DNA from: Candidatus Eiseniibacteriota bacterium
GTDB taxonomy: Bacteria; Eisenbacteria; RBG-16-71-46
DNA: 64,000 nt
Reading direction: 5' to 3'
Assembly (NCBI GenBank): GCA_963744995.1
Contig: CAVUWA010000002.1
Coordinates: 64,001 to 128,000 of the forward strand
This document shows, piece after piece, positions 40,723 through 51,300 of this stretch; positions within the stretch are counted from its first letter, which is position 1; the number at the start of each line of letters is the position of its first letter. The notes beneath the pieces were generated by a model. The model did not search any database. It worked only from the letters and a program-made list of their open reading frames with translations, and was not told where the DNA came from. The translations under genes and the position numbers were made by a program.

Positions 40723-41171
40723 TGCGCGTTCTCCGTGCCGTTAGAGGTGTCGAAGAAGTACACGTCGCTGAGCGAACGTTCGGGCGACGTGAGCCAGTCG
40801 GTATCGGTCGTGGCCGACGCGGTCATCGACGTCGGATCGGGCGCGACCGCGGCGCCGCGGCCGTCGAAGGCCAGCACGCCGAGCATGAAGCCGCCCGCGA
40901 GCGCGCCGGCGGTCGCCATGGCGAACGTGACATCCAGGATCCGCCGGCGCACCGGGTCGCGCCGTCGCGCGATGGCCGGCCACATGGCGCGCGGCGCGGC
41001 GATGTCCGCGTCGGTGTCGAGCGCGTGCTCGACGGCACGGAACGCATCGGCGGCACGGGCGCACGCGGTGCATTGCGCGAGGTGCGCGGCGACCTGCGCC
41101 CGTGCGATCTCGTCCAGGCGACCGTCGAGATACGCCGGCAGGCGGTCTTCGACGTGCGTTGCGCGGTTCAT
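40719..41171 (-). CDS. Zinc-finger (zf-HC2) anti-sigma factor
   Basis: LPAYLDG.L, HLAQCTAC, one TM. Confidence 0.88.
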   Translation of the reverse strand: MNRATHVEDRLPAYLDGRLDEIARAQVAAHLAQCTACARAADAFRAVEHALDTDADIAAPRAMWPAIARRRDPVRRRILDVTFAMATAGALAGGFMLGVLAFDGRGAAVAPDPTSMTASATTDTDWLTSPERSLSDVYFFDTSNGTENAQ

Positions 41172-41728
41172 TCCAGCACCCCCTCCTTCGAAAGCTCCAT
41201 TCTAAGCGCCGCCATCGCCCGTGACAGCAGCGATTCCACCGCGGCCACGGTGGTGCCCATGCTGTCGGCGATCTCCTGCTGGCTCATGTCGTGATAGCGC
41301 CTGAGCACCAGGGCTTCGCGCTGGCGCTCGGGCAGCCGCGCGAGCGCGCCGCGCACGACGCGCCGGAGGTCGCCGTGCTCGAGGCGCTCGTCCACCTCCG
41401 GCGCGTCGGAGGCGCGATCGTGCCGCAGCGGATCGAACGCCACCCAGGCGACGATCCTGCGCCGCCTGAGCCGGCTGCGCGCGAGGTTGCCGGCGATCCG
41501 GAACAGCCAGCTGCGGAAGCGCCCCGCGGCCCGGTAGCGGCCGGCCTGCTGGAACACCCGCACGAAGGTCTCCTGTCCGAGATCCTGCGCCTCCTCGCGG
41601 GAGCCCAGCATGCGGGTCAGAAACGCGAAGACGGGACGCTCCCAGCGGGTGACGAGGAGGCGGAACGCCTCCTCGTCACCGCGGGCGCCCCGCGCCATGA
41701 GCTGGTCGTCGATCGAGTCGTCATTCAC
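41168..41728 (-). CDS. ECF RNA polymerase sigma factor
   Basis: GDEEAF, AQDL.QETF, FRSWLFRIA.N, LPERQREAL.L, EIA..MG; GAGGAG RBS before GTG. Confidence 0.93.
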   Translation of the reverse strand: MNDDSIDDQLMARGARGDEEAFRLLVTRWERPVFAFLTRMLGSREEAQDLGQETFVRVFQQAGRYRAAGRFRSWLFRIAGNLARSRLRRRRIVAWVAFDPLRHDRASDAPEVDERLEHGDLRRVVRGALARLPERQREALVLRRYHDMSQQEIADSMGTTVAAVESLLSRAMAALRMELSKEGVLE

Positions 41729-41804
41729 GACGATACGGGACTCCTCCTCATGACGCGGGATCCTGGCGGATGCGTCCCACGCGGCCGCCAGCGCGCCGCC
41801 GGAA

Positions 41805-42359
41805 CTACGAACCGCCCGGTCCACCGCGCATGCCCCGCGGTCCATGACCGCCCTGCCCCATGCCGCGCCCGTGCGCTCCGCCCGGTCCGCGCTGGCCCCG
41901 ATGCGGACGCGTGAGCCACTGATCGCGCTGTGCCGGCGTGAGCACGTCGAGCATCGCAAGATGCTGCTCCGCGCGGTGCACGCCGAGCTTGGTCCGAACG
42001 CCGCCGATCTGCTCGGCGAGCGTCACGATCTTACGACGATCGGGCTTGTCCTGGAGCATCTCGCCGCGCATCTGGTTGCGCAGCCGCATCAGCTGCTTGC
42101 GCAGCGTCATGCCTTCGGCCCGCCCCTTCTCGCGGAGCTCCTCGAGCTTCGCCTTCTGCGCGTCGCTGAGGTCGAGACCGGCGAACGGGCCGCGCCCCGC
42201 CATCATGCGCATGTGCATGCCGGGGCCCCCGTACCCGCCGCCGTCTTCCCCCGGCGCGGGTGCTTGATCGGAGAACCCCGGCTGCGCCAGGGCGTACGTG
42301 GCCGGGATCAGTACGAGTGCCAGCGCCATCGCGCCGACCCATGAATGCCTTGCGTTCAT
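41805..42359 (-). CDS. Spy/CpxP-family periplasmic chaperone
   Basis: Signal peptide; LDLSDAQK and VLTPAQR; GM-rich flanks. Confidence 0.88.
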   Translation of the reverse strand: MNARHSWVGAMALALVLIPATYALAQPGFSDQAPAPGEDGGGYGGPGMHMRMMAGRGPFAGLDLSDAQKAKLEELREKGRAEGMTLRKQLMRLRNQMRGEMLQDKPDRRKIVTLAEQIGGVRTKLGVHRAEQHLAMLDVLTPAQRDQWLTRPHRGQRGPGGAHGRGMGQGGHGPRGMRGGPGGS

Positions 42360-42570
42360 CGAATCCTCCTTCGTCACGCGCCCCCGGCGGTCCGCCGGGC
42401 GGCTCTGCATCGTCCACCCCGCCAAACGGGCGGGGCGGCGAATCCCTTCGCCGCCGCCGGCGCCCCGCCGCGGCCGGCGCGGCAGTTGACCTCGTCCTGA
42501 CGGCGGCCCCGCGCGCCGGAAAGGGCGCACCGGGTCGTTCGGCACAGGAACCGGGCCGAGGAGGACAGGA

Positions 42571-42879
42571 ATGAAAGGGACATGGAGGATCGCCGCGGCC
42601 GGCATCGTGCTCGTCGCCGCGGCGGGGTGCGGGGGCGGGAAGACCGCAAGTCGCTGGGCGTCCGTGCCGGTTCAGGTGAATGGTGCGCTCGACGAGTGGA
42701 AGGACGCCATGGTGTCCTGTGACGACGGCGCACTCAGCGTGGGTTTCCAGAACGACGCGAACGACCTCTACGTGGCGATCGCCGCCAGCGATCCGCGGCT
42801 CGCGATGCACGTGCCCGGACGCGGGCCGCTCACTCCAGCGGCTTCAGGTCCTTCAGCATCGTGGGCAGCAGCTCGCTGA
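42571..42879 (+). pseudogene. Apparently truncated lipoprotein
   Basis: AAGC lipobox and V.G.L.EW...NDANDLY motif; runs into the convergent gene after about 80 aa. Confidence 0.5.
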
Positions 42880-44206
42880 TCGTCGGGTGGATGTGCACCG
42901 CCCGCGAGATGGTCGTGTACGGCGCCTTCGCATACATCGCATCGAGCAGAGTGTGGATGATCTCGTCGCCGCCGTGCCCGAACACCACGGCGCCGATGAA
43001 CGTCTTCGTTTCGGCGTCGATCAGCACGCGCATGAAGCCGTGCGTCTCGCTCATTTCCCGCGCCCGGCTCACCTTCTCCATGGCGCGCTGCGCCACCAGC
43101 ACCTCGCGGCCGCTCGCCCGTGCCTCGGCGAGGGTCATCCCGGCGCGGCCGACCGGCGGGTCGGTGTACAGCGCGTAGCAGATGATGCGATCCGTGATCC
43201 GCCGCGGGTCGTCGTCGAACAGATTCGCCGCGACGATCTCGTAGTCGTTGTAGGACGTGTGCGTGAACGCGCCGCGCCCGTTGCACTCACCGATCGCCCA
43301 CACGCCGGGCACGTTCGTGCGGCACTGATCGTCCACGGTGATGAAACCGCGCTCGTTCGCCGCGATTCCGGCGTGTTCGAGCCCGAGATCGTCGGTGTTC
43401 GGCCGCCGGCCGACCGCGAGGAGCACGTGGCTGCCCTCGACCTCCGGCGCGCCGTTTGCGCAATCCATACCGACGTTCACCCCGCGCGCACCGCGCGCGA
43501 GCGAGATGCACGAAGCGTTCAGCCGGAACGAGATGCCCTCGCCCTCGAGCACGCGCTGGAGGCCGGCGGAGACGTCCTCGTCTTCACGGCCGATCAACCG
43601 TGGCGCCCGCTCGATCACCGTCACCTGGCTGCCGAGGCGCCGGTAGATCTGTGCGAACTCGAGCCCGATGTAGCTGCCGCCGACGATGATCAGGTGCTCC
43701 GGCACGGTGTCGACGTCCATGATGTTGGAGTTCGTGAGGTAGGGCACGTCGTGCACGCCGGGCATGTCGGGTACGAACGCGCGCGCGCCGACGTTGACGA
43801 AGATCTGCTCCGCCTCGAGGACGTCGTGGTCGACCCGCACGGTATGCGGACCCTCGAAGCGGCCGTGGCCCTCGTACACGCGGATGCCGTTCGTGCCCTT
43901 CAGCCACTTCTCGATGCCCTCGCGCGACTGACGCACGATCGCATCCTTGCGCGCCTTCACGCGCGTCATGTCGGTGCGCACGGCGCCGGCGCTGAAGCCG
44001 AATTCGGCGCCGCGCCGTGCGACGTGGATCGCGCGCGCGCTGGCGACCAGCGTCTTGGTCGGAATGCAGCCGTTGTTCACGCAGGTGCCGCCGAAGCGCA
44101 GGCGCTCGATCACAGCCGTGCGGCGGCCCTCGGCGGCGAGACGAGCGGCGAGCGGCGGTCCGGCCTGACCGGTGCCGATGACGATGGCGTCGTAACGGGT
44201 AGGCAT
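42830..44206 (-). CDS. FAD-dependent pyridine nucleotide-disulfide oxidoreductase (MerA/RclA-like, no C-terminal CC)
   Basis: GTGQAG, GGTCVNNGCIPTK, GGSYIGLE, HIHPTISE. Confidence 0.92.
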   Translation of the reverse strand: MPTRYDAIVIGTGQAGPPLAARLAAEGRRTAVIERLRFGGTCVNNGCIPTKTLVASARAIHVARRGAEFGFSAGAVRTDMTRVKARKDAIVRQSREGIEKWLKGTNGIRVYEGHGRFEGPHTVRVDHDVLEAEQIFVNVGARAFVPDMPGVHDVPYLTNSNIMDVDTVPEHLIIVGGSYIGLEFAQIYRRLGSQVTVIERAPRLIGREDEDVSAGLQRVLEGEGISFRLNASCISLARGARGVNVGMDCANGAPEVEGSHVLLAVGRRPNTDDLGLEHAGIAANERGFITVDDQCRTNVPGVWAIGECNGRGAFTHTSYNDYEIVAANLFDDDPRRITDRIICYALYTDPPVGRAGMTLAEARASGREVLVAQRAMEKVSRAREMSETHGFMRVLIDAETKTFIGAVVFGHGGDEIIHTLLDAMYAKAPYTTISRAVHIHPTISELLPTMLKDLKPLE

Positions 44207-44329
44207 GGGACCCCCGGAGTGAGCAGGACGGTGCGCCGCGGGCGCCGCGGGCGCGCAAGAGCAGTAGCACAGTCGCGGCGGAGCCGGAACTTCGGCGGGC
44301 CCCGCCATTCACCGGAAGCCGCAACACGA

Positions 44330-45523
44330 CTACGCGACCGGACCGCCCGCCTGAGCCCCGCCGGGACCGGGGAGGGTCACGCGTGGCGCCGGAGCGTTCA
44401 CCCGGACGATGCGCGGCAGCGCGCCGATGCCCCACAGGATCCACGCCGCCGACCACAGGGCGCCCGCGATTCCGTAGAGCAGGAACGCGTGGGCGCCGAA
44501 CCGCTCGGCCGCGAGTCGGACGAGGAACGCGCCGGCGACCCCCGCCGCTGCGAGCGGGCCGAACACGCGCGGCTCGGCGGCCAGGCCGTGGCGGCCGTGC
44601 GCGACGACGACGCGCGTGCCGATCGCGAACGTGAGCAGGCCGAAGCCGCCGATGAACACCACGTGCAGTCCGGCCATCGGCCGTCCGGGGAGCAGGACCA
44701 GCAGCCAGAGGCCCGCGAGCACGCACACGCCCGCGCCCCACATCGCGAACGCCGACAGGTCGCGCCGACCCGGACCCGAGGCGAGCTTCCAGACCAGCAG
44801 CAGGATCGACGAGCCGGCGAGCGCGCGCACGAGCGCCCCGGCTGCGGGGTGGCCCGCCGCCTCCAGCACGAAGGCCGCGATCAATGCGGCGATCACCACG
44901 CCGTAGAACACGAAGCGCGGGGGGCGTTCGTGCGGCGCGGCGATGAACGGAATCACCAGCGGATCGCGTACGCCGGAGAACGTCGGCACCAGCAGTCCGC
45001 CGACGCCGAGGACCAGCGACAGCACCATGCCGAGCGACAGGAGATGTTCGGCGAAACGCGGTGCCGGGACCGGTGCGCGCCCCATCGCCTGCAGTGCGAG
45101 CCACAGCGCGCCCGCGAGCCCGAACGCGAGGCCCAGCGCCACGAACGCGAACTCCACCGGTGGCGCCAGCGTCGCACGCGGCAGGCGTCTGAGCGCGGCG
45201 CCCGCGAGCACGGCCACCGACGCCGCGAAGGCCACGTGCGCCCACGCCGCGAGGCCCGCGACCGCGAGCACGCCGAACAGCGCCAGCGCGCCGAGCACGG
45301 CGGCGGTCTCGGCGGGACGCGCTTTCTCGGAGTGGGTGAGACCCGGGATCGCGGTGAGCAGGAAGCCGGCGACGAACGCCTGCTCGAACCCCTCGATCAT
45401 CAGCATCCGGTGCAGTTCGGCGGGGTACGGCAGCCAGCCCGCCGCGGCGGCGATCCACAGCGCCGCACCCGCGATCGCGTAGATCACGCCGAGCGGAAAG
45501 AACAGGCGGTAGGGTTCGATCAT
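44330..45523 (-). CDS. nnrS: NnrS family membrane protein
   Basis: PYRLFF, H..LMI.GF, GFLLTAIP, LH..FIGG, TRV..AHG. Confidence 0.85.
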   Translation of the reverse strand: MIEPYRLFFPLGVIYAIAGAALWIAAAAGWLPYPAELHRMLMIEGFEQAFVAGFLLTAIPGLTHSEKARPAETAAVLGALALFGVLAVAGLAAWAHVAFAASVAVLAGAALRRLPRATLAPPVEFAFVALGLAFGLAGALWLALQAMGRAPVPAPRFAEHLLSLGMVLSLVLGVGGLLVPTFSGVRDPLVIPFIAAPHERPPRFVFYGVVIAALIAAFVLEAAGHPAAGALVRALAGSSILLLVWKLASGPGRRDLSAFAMWGAGVCVLAGLWLLVLLPGRPMAGLHVVFIGGFGLLTFAIGTRVVVAHGRHGLAAEPRVFGPLAAAGVAGAFLVRLAAERFGAHAFLLYGIAGALWSAAWILWGIGALPRIVRVNAPAPRVTLPGPGGAQAGGPVA

Positions 45524-45659
45524 GGGGGCAGCGTAGCGCGTCCGGCGGTGCGATGGGGATGCCGTATCGCAGGTTGATCCCGGCCACGCGCGCGGGCTAC
45601 CATGGTGTTCGCGCGTGACCACACCCCCTTGCGGCCGCCCTCACTGATTTTCCGGGAGT

Positions 45660-47234
45660 TTGCGCTTGCGGCCACCGGTATTTCCCCTCCTGATCGTGCT
45701 CGTCGTGGGTCTCGAGTTTCCCTCGCAAGCCGTTGCCGCCGTTCAGCTTCCGGACGGATTCGTGGACGAGCCCGTGGTCACGGGCCTGAATCAGCCGATC
45801 GCGATGCAGCGGCTGCCGGACGGCCGGATCCTGGTTGCCGAGCAGCGTACCGGAGCGATCCGCGTGGTGTTTCCGGACTCGGGCACGGTGAGCCCGCCGC
45901 TCTTCGCGGTCCCGGACCTCAACATCTCGGGCGGCGAGCGCGGGCTGCTGGGCATGGCGATCGATCCCGGCTGGCCGATTCGCAAGTACGTCTACCTCAT
46001 GTACACGCGCACCGGCGACAGGATCCGGCTCGTGCGCTACAACGTGTGGGGCGACGTCGCGGATCCGGCGAGCGACCTGCTGCAGTTCGTGCAGCCGCTC
46101 TACCTGTTCGACGATCTGCCCGACAGCGCCTCGACGCACAACGCCGGGCGGCTGCGCTTCGGTCCCGACGGCTGCCTCTACGCGAGCCTCGGCGACGATC
46201 AGGACCCATGCGCAGCGGCCGACTCGACGATCATGCAGGGGCAGCTGCTGCGCCTCGAGATCCGGAACCTCCCCCCCGGTGGCGAGGGCCAGACGGTGCC
46301 GCCCGGCGACCTGGTCCCCGCGGGCAATCCGTTCCCGAACGACGGCCCGAACGCGGCGCTCACCTTCGCCTACGGCCTGCGCAATCCGTGGAGCTTCTGG
46401 ATCGACCCCGAGCTCGACATCGTGTATCTGGCCGACGTGGGCGAGGTGAACAACGAGGAGATCAACGAAGTGCGCGCGGGCGATTTCCTCGGCTGGCCGT
46501 GGCGTGAGGGCTTCCGCGTGATGGTGCGCCAGGAGTGCCCCGAGTCCGGGTTCGAGGGCGCCAACGACTACAAAGGGCCGATCATCGAGGTGCCGCACGC
46601 GCCCGCGCAGATGGCGATCGTCATGGGTCTGATGTATCGCAGCCAGATCGGCGGCACCGCCAACTGGCCGGCGGAGTATCAGGGACTCTACGGCAGTCTG
46701 TTCTACGCCGAGTACTACTCCGGCTGGCTGCGTCGCGCGCGCCGGCTGGCCGGCGTATGGAGCCCCGCCGCGCCCGTGGCGGGCCAGCCGAACGACACCG
46801 ACTGGGGCAGCGGCTTCGTCACCGCGGTCGACTTCATGCAGGATCACGACGGCAGCGTGCTGTGGCTCGCGCAGTTCGACGACACGTTCGCGCCCACGAC
46901 CGGGCACATCGACCGCATCCGCATCGTGCCCACCACCGGCATCGGCCCGGGTGCTGCGCGGCCGCGCGTGCTGGCGGCGGCGCCCAATCCGTTCCGCGGC
47001 GAAACGGATCTCTCGTTCACGCTCGGCGTCGAAGAGGACGTGCGGCTCGAGCTGTTCGACCTCTTCGGACGCCGCGTGCGCACGCTGCTCAGCGGCCGTG
47101 CCACGCCCGGCATGCACCGCCGTGCGTGGGACGGCCGCGATGAAGCGGGGCGCCGGGCACCGGCCGGCGTCTATCTCGCGCGACTCGCGCACGGTGGATC
47201 GGTCGAGACGTTGCGCGTGCTGCGGCTGCGCTAG
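45660..47234 (+). CDS. PQQ-dependent sugar dehydrogenase-like beta-propeller with FlgD-Ig/CTD tail
   Basis: GERGLLG.A.DP, HNAGRLRFGPDG.LY.SLGD, YGLRNPW, GWP.REG; PNPF...WDG.D..G...PAGVY. Confidence 0.9.
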   Translation: MRLRPPVFPLLIVLVVGLEFPSQAVAAVQLPDGFVDEPVVTGLNQPIAMQRLPDGRILVAEQRTGAIRVVFPDSGTVSPPLFAVPDLNISGGERGLLGMAIDPGWPIRKYVYLMYTRTGDRIRLVRYNVWGDVADPASDLLQFVQPLYLFDDLPDSASTHNAGRLRFGPDGCLYASLGDDQDPCAAADSTIMQGQLLRLEIRNLPPGGEGQTVPPGDLVPAGNPFPNDGPNAALTFAYGLRNPWSFWIDPELDIVYLADVGEVNNEEINEVRAGDFLGWPWREGFRVMVRQECPESGFEGANDYKGPIIEVPHAPAQMAIVMGLMYRSQIGGTANWPAEYQGLYGSLFYAEYYSGWLRRARRLAGVWSPAAPVAGQPNDTDWGSGFVTAVDFMQDHDGSVLWLAQFDDTFAPTTGHIDRIRIVPTTGIGPGAARPRVLAAAPNPFRGETDLSFTLGVEEDVRLELFDLFGRRVRTLLSGRATPGMHRRAWDGRDEAGRRAPAGVYLARLAHGGSVETLRVLRLR

Positions 47235-47370
47235 CGGCGGCACGCCGCACGACGGCGCGTCGCGCCCGCCGCTTGCGCCGCCCGCAGCGAATCTCTAGAC
47301 TTCGCCCCGTTTCCGCGCCCGTGCGCCCCTCGGGCGGCGCAGGCCCATCACGTATCCGGCTGGAGGAGCG

Positions 47371-47607
47371 ATGCCGTTCGTCATTGCTGAACCCTGTATC
47401 GGGGTGAAAGACAAGTCCTGCGTCGAAGTATGCCCGGTGAACTGCATCTACGAGGGCGAAGACCAGTACTACATTCATCCGGACGAATGCATCGACTGCC
47501 AGGCCTGCGAAGCCGCGTGCCCGGTGCAGGCGATTTTCCCGGACAACGGCGTGCCGGAGAAATGGGAGTCGTTCATCGAGAAGAACGTGAAGTTCTTCGA
47601 GAAGTAG
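47371..47607 (+). CDS. Ferredoxin (FdxA/7Fe-type)
   Basis: PCIGVKDKSCVEVCPVNCI and ECIDCQACEAACPV. Confidence 0.95.
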   Translation: MPFVIAEPCIGVKDKSCVEVCPVNCIYEGEDQYYIHPDECIDCQACEAACPVQAIFPDNGVPEKWESFIEKNVKFFEK

Positions 47608-47626
47608 CCCCGGCTCCGCTCGATTC

Positions 47627-47652
47627 AGGCAGCGCCCGTGCGCTGCCTTTTT
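47627..47652 (+). terminator. Rho-independent terminator after the ferredoxin gene
   Basis: AGGCAGCGC-CCGT-GCGCTGCCT-TTTT. Confidence 0.75.
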
Positions 47653-47669
47653 CATTGGAGGTGCCCCGC

Positions 47670-48239
47670 GTGACCGCCGAAACGCTTCCCGACCGCGAGC
47701 AGGCGCTAGCCCTGCTCCACGAGTGGGTGCAGAACGAGAACCTGCGCAAGCACTGCTACGCCGTCGAAGCCGCGATGCGCGCGTACGCGCGCAGGGCCGG
47801 CGCGGACGAGGACCGCTGGGGCATCACCGGCCTGATCCACGACTTCGACTGGGAGCGCCATCCGGATCTCGAGCGCCACCCGGTGAAGGGTGTCGAGGTG
47901 CTGCGCTCGCTCGGCTGGCCCGATGACGTCTGCCGCGCCGTGCTCGGCCACGCGACCCATACCGGCGTCGCGCGCGACACGCCGATGGCGAAAACGCTGT
48001 TCGCCTGCGACGAGCTGTGCGGATTCCTCGTGGCCTGCGCCCTGGTGACCCCCGCGAAGCGGCTCGACGAGGTGAAGGTGTCGTCGGTGAGGAAGAAGAT
48101 GAAGCGCGCCGACTTCGCCCGGAACGTGAACCGCGACGACATTCTGAACGGCACCGCCGAACTCGGCGCCGATCTCGACGAGCACATCGCCTTCGTGCTC
48201 GAAGCCATGGTCGGCATTCGGGAGCAGCTGGGACTGTAG
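47670..48239 (+). CDS. HD/HDIG-domain metal-dependent hydrolase
   Basis: LRKHC.AVEAAM, GLIHDFD, LFACDEL.G, FA.NVNR; GGAGG RBS. Confidence 0.9.
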   Translation: MTAETLPDREQALALLHEWVQNENLRKHCYAVEAAMRAYARRAGADEDRWGITGLIHDFDWERHPDLERHPVKGVEVLRSLGWPDDVCRAVLGHATHTGVARDTPMAKTLFACDELCGFLVACALVTPAKRLDEVKVSSVRKKMKRADFARNVNRDDILNGTAELGADLDEHIAFVLEAMVGIREQLGL

Positions 48240-48307
48240 CGCAGACGCGAGGCGCCCGTCCGCGACGCCCGGGCGCGCCTGGGCGCGCGCGGGCGGCCCG
48301 CAGCGGA

Positions 48308-51300
48308 TCACGCCAGCGCCTCCGCGCGCTCCACCGTCACCGACACCGCATCCAGCGTCTCCTCGACGCGTCCCTCCAGGCGCAGCACCTGGCCGCGCGT
48401 CGCGCCGTAGAGGCGCCGGCAGGCATCCGGAAACAGCGTGCATTCGATCACGCCGCTCTCGTCGGCCAGCGTCATGAACAGCATCGTGCCGCCGGACTTC
48501 GTCTCGACACGCCGCGAGGCACAGGGCAGGCCGACCACGCGCACGCGGCGGCCGGCATGCGCGACGACCTCGGCGGCGGGCACGACGCCGGCGCGCGCGC
48601 CGGGATCGATCAGCACGTCGAGCGGGTGCGCCGTGAACCACAGGCCGGTTGCGCGGCACTCGCCGATCACGCGGTCGCGCACATCGAACTCCGGAATCTC
48701 GGGCGTCGCCACGATCGCCACCGCGGGCGCCTCGAGCGTCGCGCCCCCGGGCCCGGCGAGCAGCGGCATGGCGCCGGATACGGCGCGCGCATGCGCCGCC
48801 GGCGGTGTCGCGCGTGCGGTGTCGCCAGCGGCCGCGCCGCGGGCGCTCACCCGGTCCCATGCGGTCGCGGCGACGACCCGTGCCGCCGCGTCGCGTCCCG
48901 CGGCCCGGCGCGCGCCGCCGTCGGTGCCGGCGTTCGCACGCGCCTCGAGCAGCAGCGAGGGTCGCGAGCGGCCGGTCCAGTCGAAAGCGCCCGAGAGGAT
49001 CAGCGCCTCGAGCTCGGGCAGTGCGGGCCGCACGCGCGCGACGCAGTCGGCGAGGCCCGCGAACGCGCGTCGCTCGCGCTCGGCGATCAGGCGCCGCGCC
49101 GTGGCCTCGTGCAGTCCGTACACGCGCGACAGCCCGACGCGCACCCGGCCATCGGGCTCGAGCGTGCTGTCCCACGCCGAGCGCAGCGCGCACGGCGCGA
49201 GGAAGACGACCCCGCGGCGGCGCAGGTCCTCGACGTGCACCCAGGTCGCGTACATGCCGGCGTGGTGGTTGAGGATGCCGACGGCGTACTCGGCAGGGAA
49301 GTGGGCCTTGAGATACGCGCTCTGGTAGCCGAGCGTGCCGTAGCCGGCCGCGTGCGCCTTGCAGAACCCGTACGCCGCGAAGCGCGTGAGGTCGCGCCAC
49401 ACGACCCGTGCGGTGGCGGCGTCCACGCCGGCGCGCTTCGCCTGCAGCACGAAGCCGCGTTCGAGCGAGCGGAACGCCTCGTCGCCGCGCGCCGCGCCGA
49501 GCGCACGGCGCAGGTCGTCACCCTCGGCGAGCGAGATGCCGGTCAAGGCCGCGGCCACGCGCATCACGTCCTCTTCATAGAGCATGACGCCGTGCGTGCC
49601 GGCGAGCACCGGCTCGATGCGCGGGTGGTGGAACCGGGGCCGCTCGAGTCCGCGCTGCCGGCGGCAGTAGGCCTCCTTCATGCCCGACTCGGCCGGTCCC
49701 GGGCGCACCAGCGCCACGGCGGCGATCGTCTCCTCGAGCGTGCCGCAGCGGAGCATGCGCAGCAGGTGCCGCATGGCGGGCGATTCGAGCTGGAAGCAGT
49801 TGAGTGTATCGCCGGCCGCGAGCCGCGCCGCCGTCACCGGGTCGGGGTCCGGAATCGCGTCCACGTCGATCGTCACGCCACGGTGCGTCTGCGCGAGCGA
49901 CACGCACTCGCCGATCGTGGACAGCGCGCGGTTGCCGAGCAGGTCCATCTTCACGAGCCCGATCGCCTCGATCGCGCGCATCTCGAACTGGGTGACGACC
50001 ACGTGCTTCGCCGCGCGCTGCAGCGGCACGTAGTACGTGATCGGCCGGTCGGCGATCACCACACCGCCGCAGTGGATCGACAGGTGGCGCGGTGCGCCGT
50101 CGAGCTTCTCGGCGAGCCGGAGCGCCTCGGCGAGCACCGGCTCTTCCCAGTCGACGCGCCTGCCGCCCGGCTCCCTGCGCAGCTGCGTGGCGTACGGCGC
50201 CTCGAGCGAGCGCGGTACGTGCTTCGCAAGCGCGTTCACGCGTGCGTTCGGCACGCCGAGCGCCTTCGCCGTCTCGCGGAACGCCGAGCGTGCGCCGAGC
50301 GTCGTGTGCGTCGAGATCATCGCCACGCGATCGTGACCGTACGTGTCGTAGACGTGTGCGATCACCTCGTCGCGGCGGCGCCAGCAGAGGTCGATGTCGA
50401 GGTCCGGGCAGTCGCGGCGCGACGGATTCAGGAAGCGCTCGAAGCACAGCTCGTAGCGCAGCGGGTCGGCGTTGGTGATGCCGAGCACGTACGACACGAT
50501 CGACGCCGCGCCCGAACCGCGCCCGACCGTCGGGATGCCGCGCGCGCGCGCGAAGCCGACGATCTCGGCGACCAGCAGGAAGTAGTCGGTGAAACCCATG
50601 CGCGCGATCATGTCTAGTTCCGTCGTGAGCCGCGCCCGCGCCGCGCGCGTGCGGCCGTTCGCGTAGCGGCGCGTGAGCCCCGCGTCACAGATCTCGCGCA
50701 GCCGCGCGTGGCCGTCGGCGCCGGGCGGCAACGGCGCGCGCGGGAAGATCGGCGTGCCGAGATCGAGCGTCATGCGGCAGCGCTCGACCAGCGCGCGATT
50801 GTTGGCGAGCGCCGCCGCCGCGGCCTCGGGCACGCCGGCCGCGCCGCACACGCGCGTGACGCGCCGTGCCCATTCCTCGGGCGCCGCGAGCCAGGCCTCG
50901 CGCGCGCAGAACGCCGCAGGCGGCATGCGGTCGATCAGTTCGCCCGCCGCCGCCGTCACCGCGGCGCGGTGCGCGTCGTGATCCGCGGGATCGAGCAGCA
51001 CGACGTCGCCGGTCGCCACCGGCGCCACGCCCAGCCGCCGCGCCGCAGTGAGCCGCTGCGCGAGTTGCGGCCGTTCCGCCGCGACGCCGCGCACGCCGAT
51101 CCACAGCCCCGCGTCGCGTGGCCGCCGCGCGCCCGACGCGTCCCACGGCGCCGCCGCCGGCACGCCCGCCTGGAGCAGCGCCGCCGCGAGCGCCGCCGAC
51201 TCGACGATCACGTGCAGCCCGGCGTGACGCTCGGCGATCGCGATCACCGGGTCGAAGCGCGCATCGAGGTGCCGCCGCGTGAGGATCTCGCTGAGGTGCG

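Noticed and set aside
42830..44206. Mercuric reductase MerA
   Set aside because: Lacks the C-terminal Cys-Cys pair and NmerA domain; no mer genes adjacent
42680..45577. 965-aa plus-strand ORF and other long antisense ORFs (e.g. 35492-37972, 48017-50617, 18304-20094)
   Set aside because: Shadow frames of recognisable opposite-strand genes, expected in very GC-rich DNA
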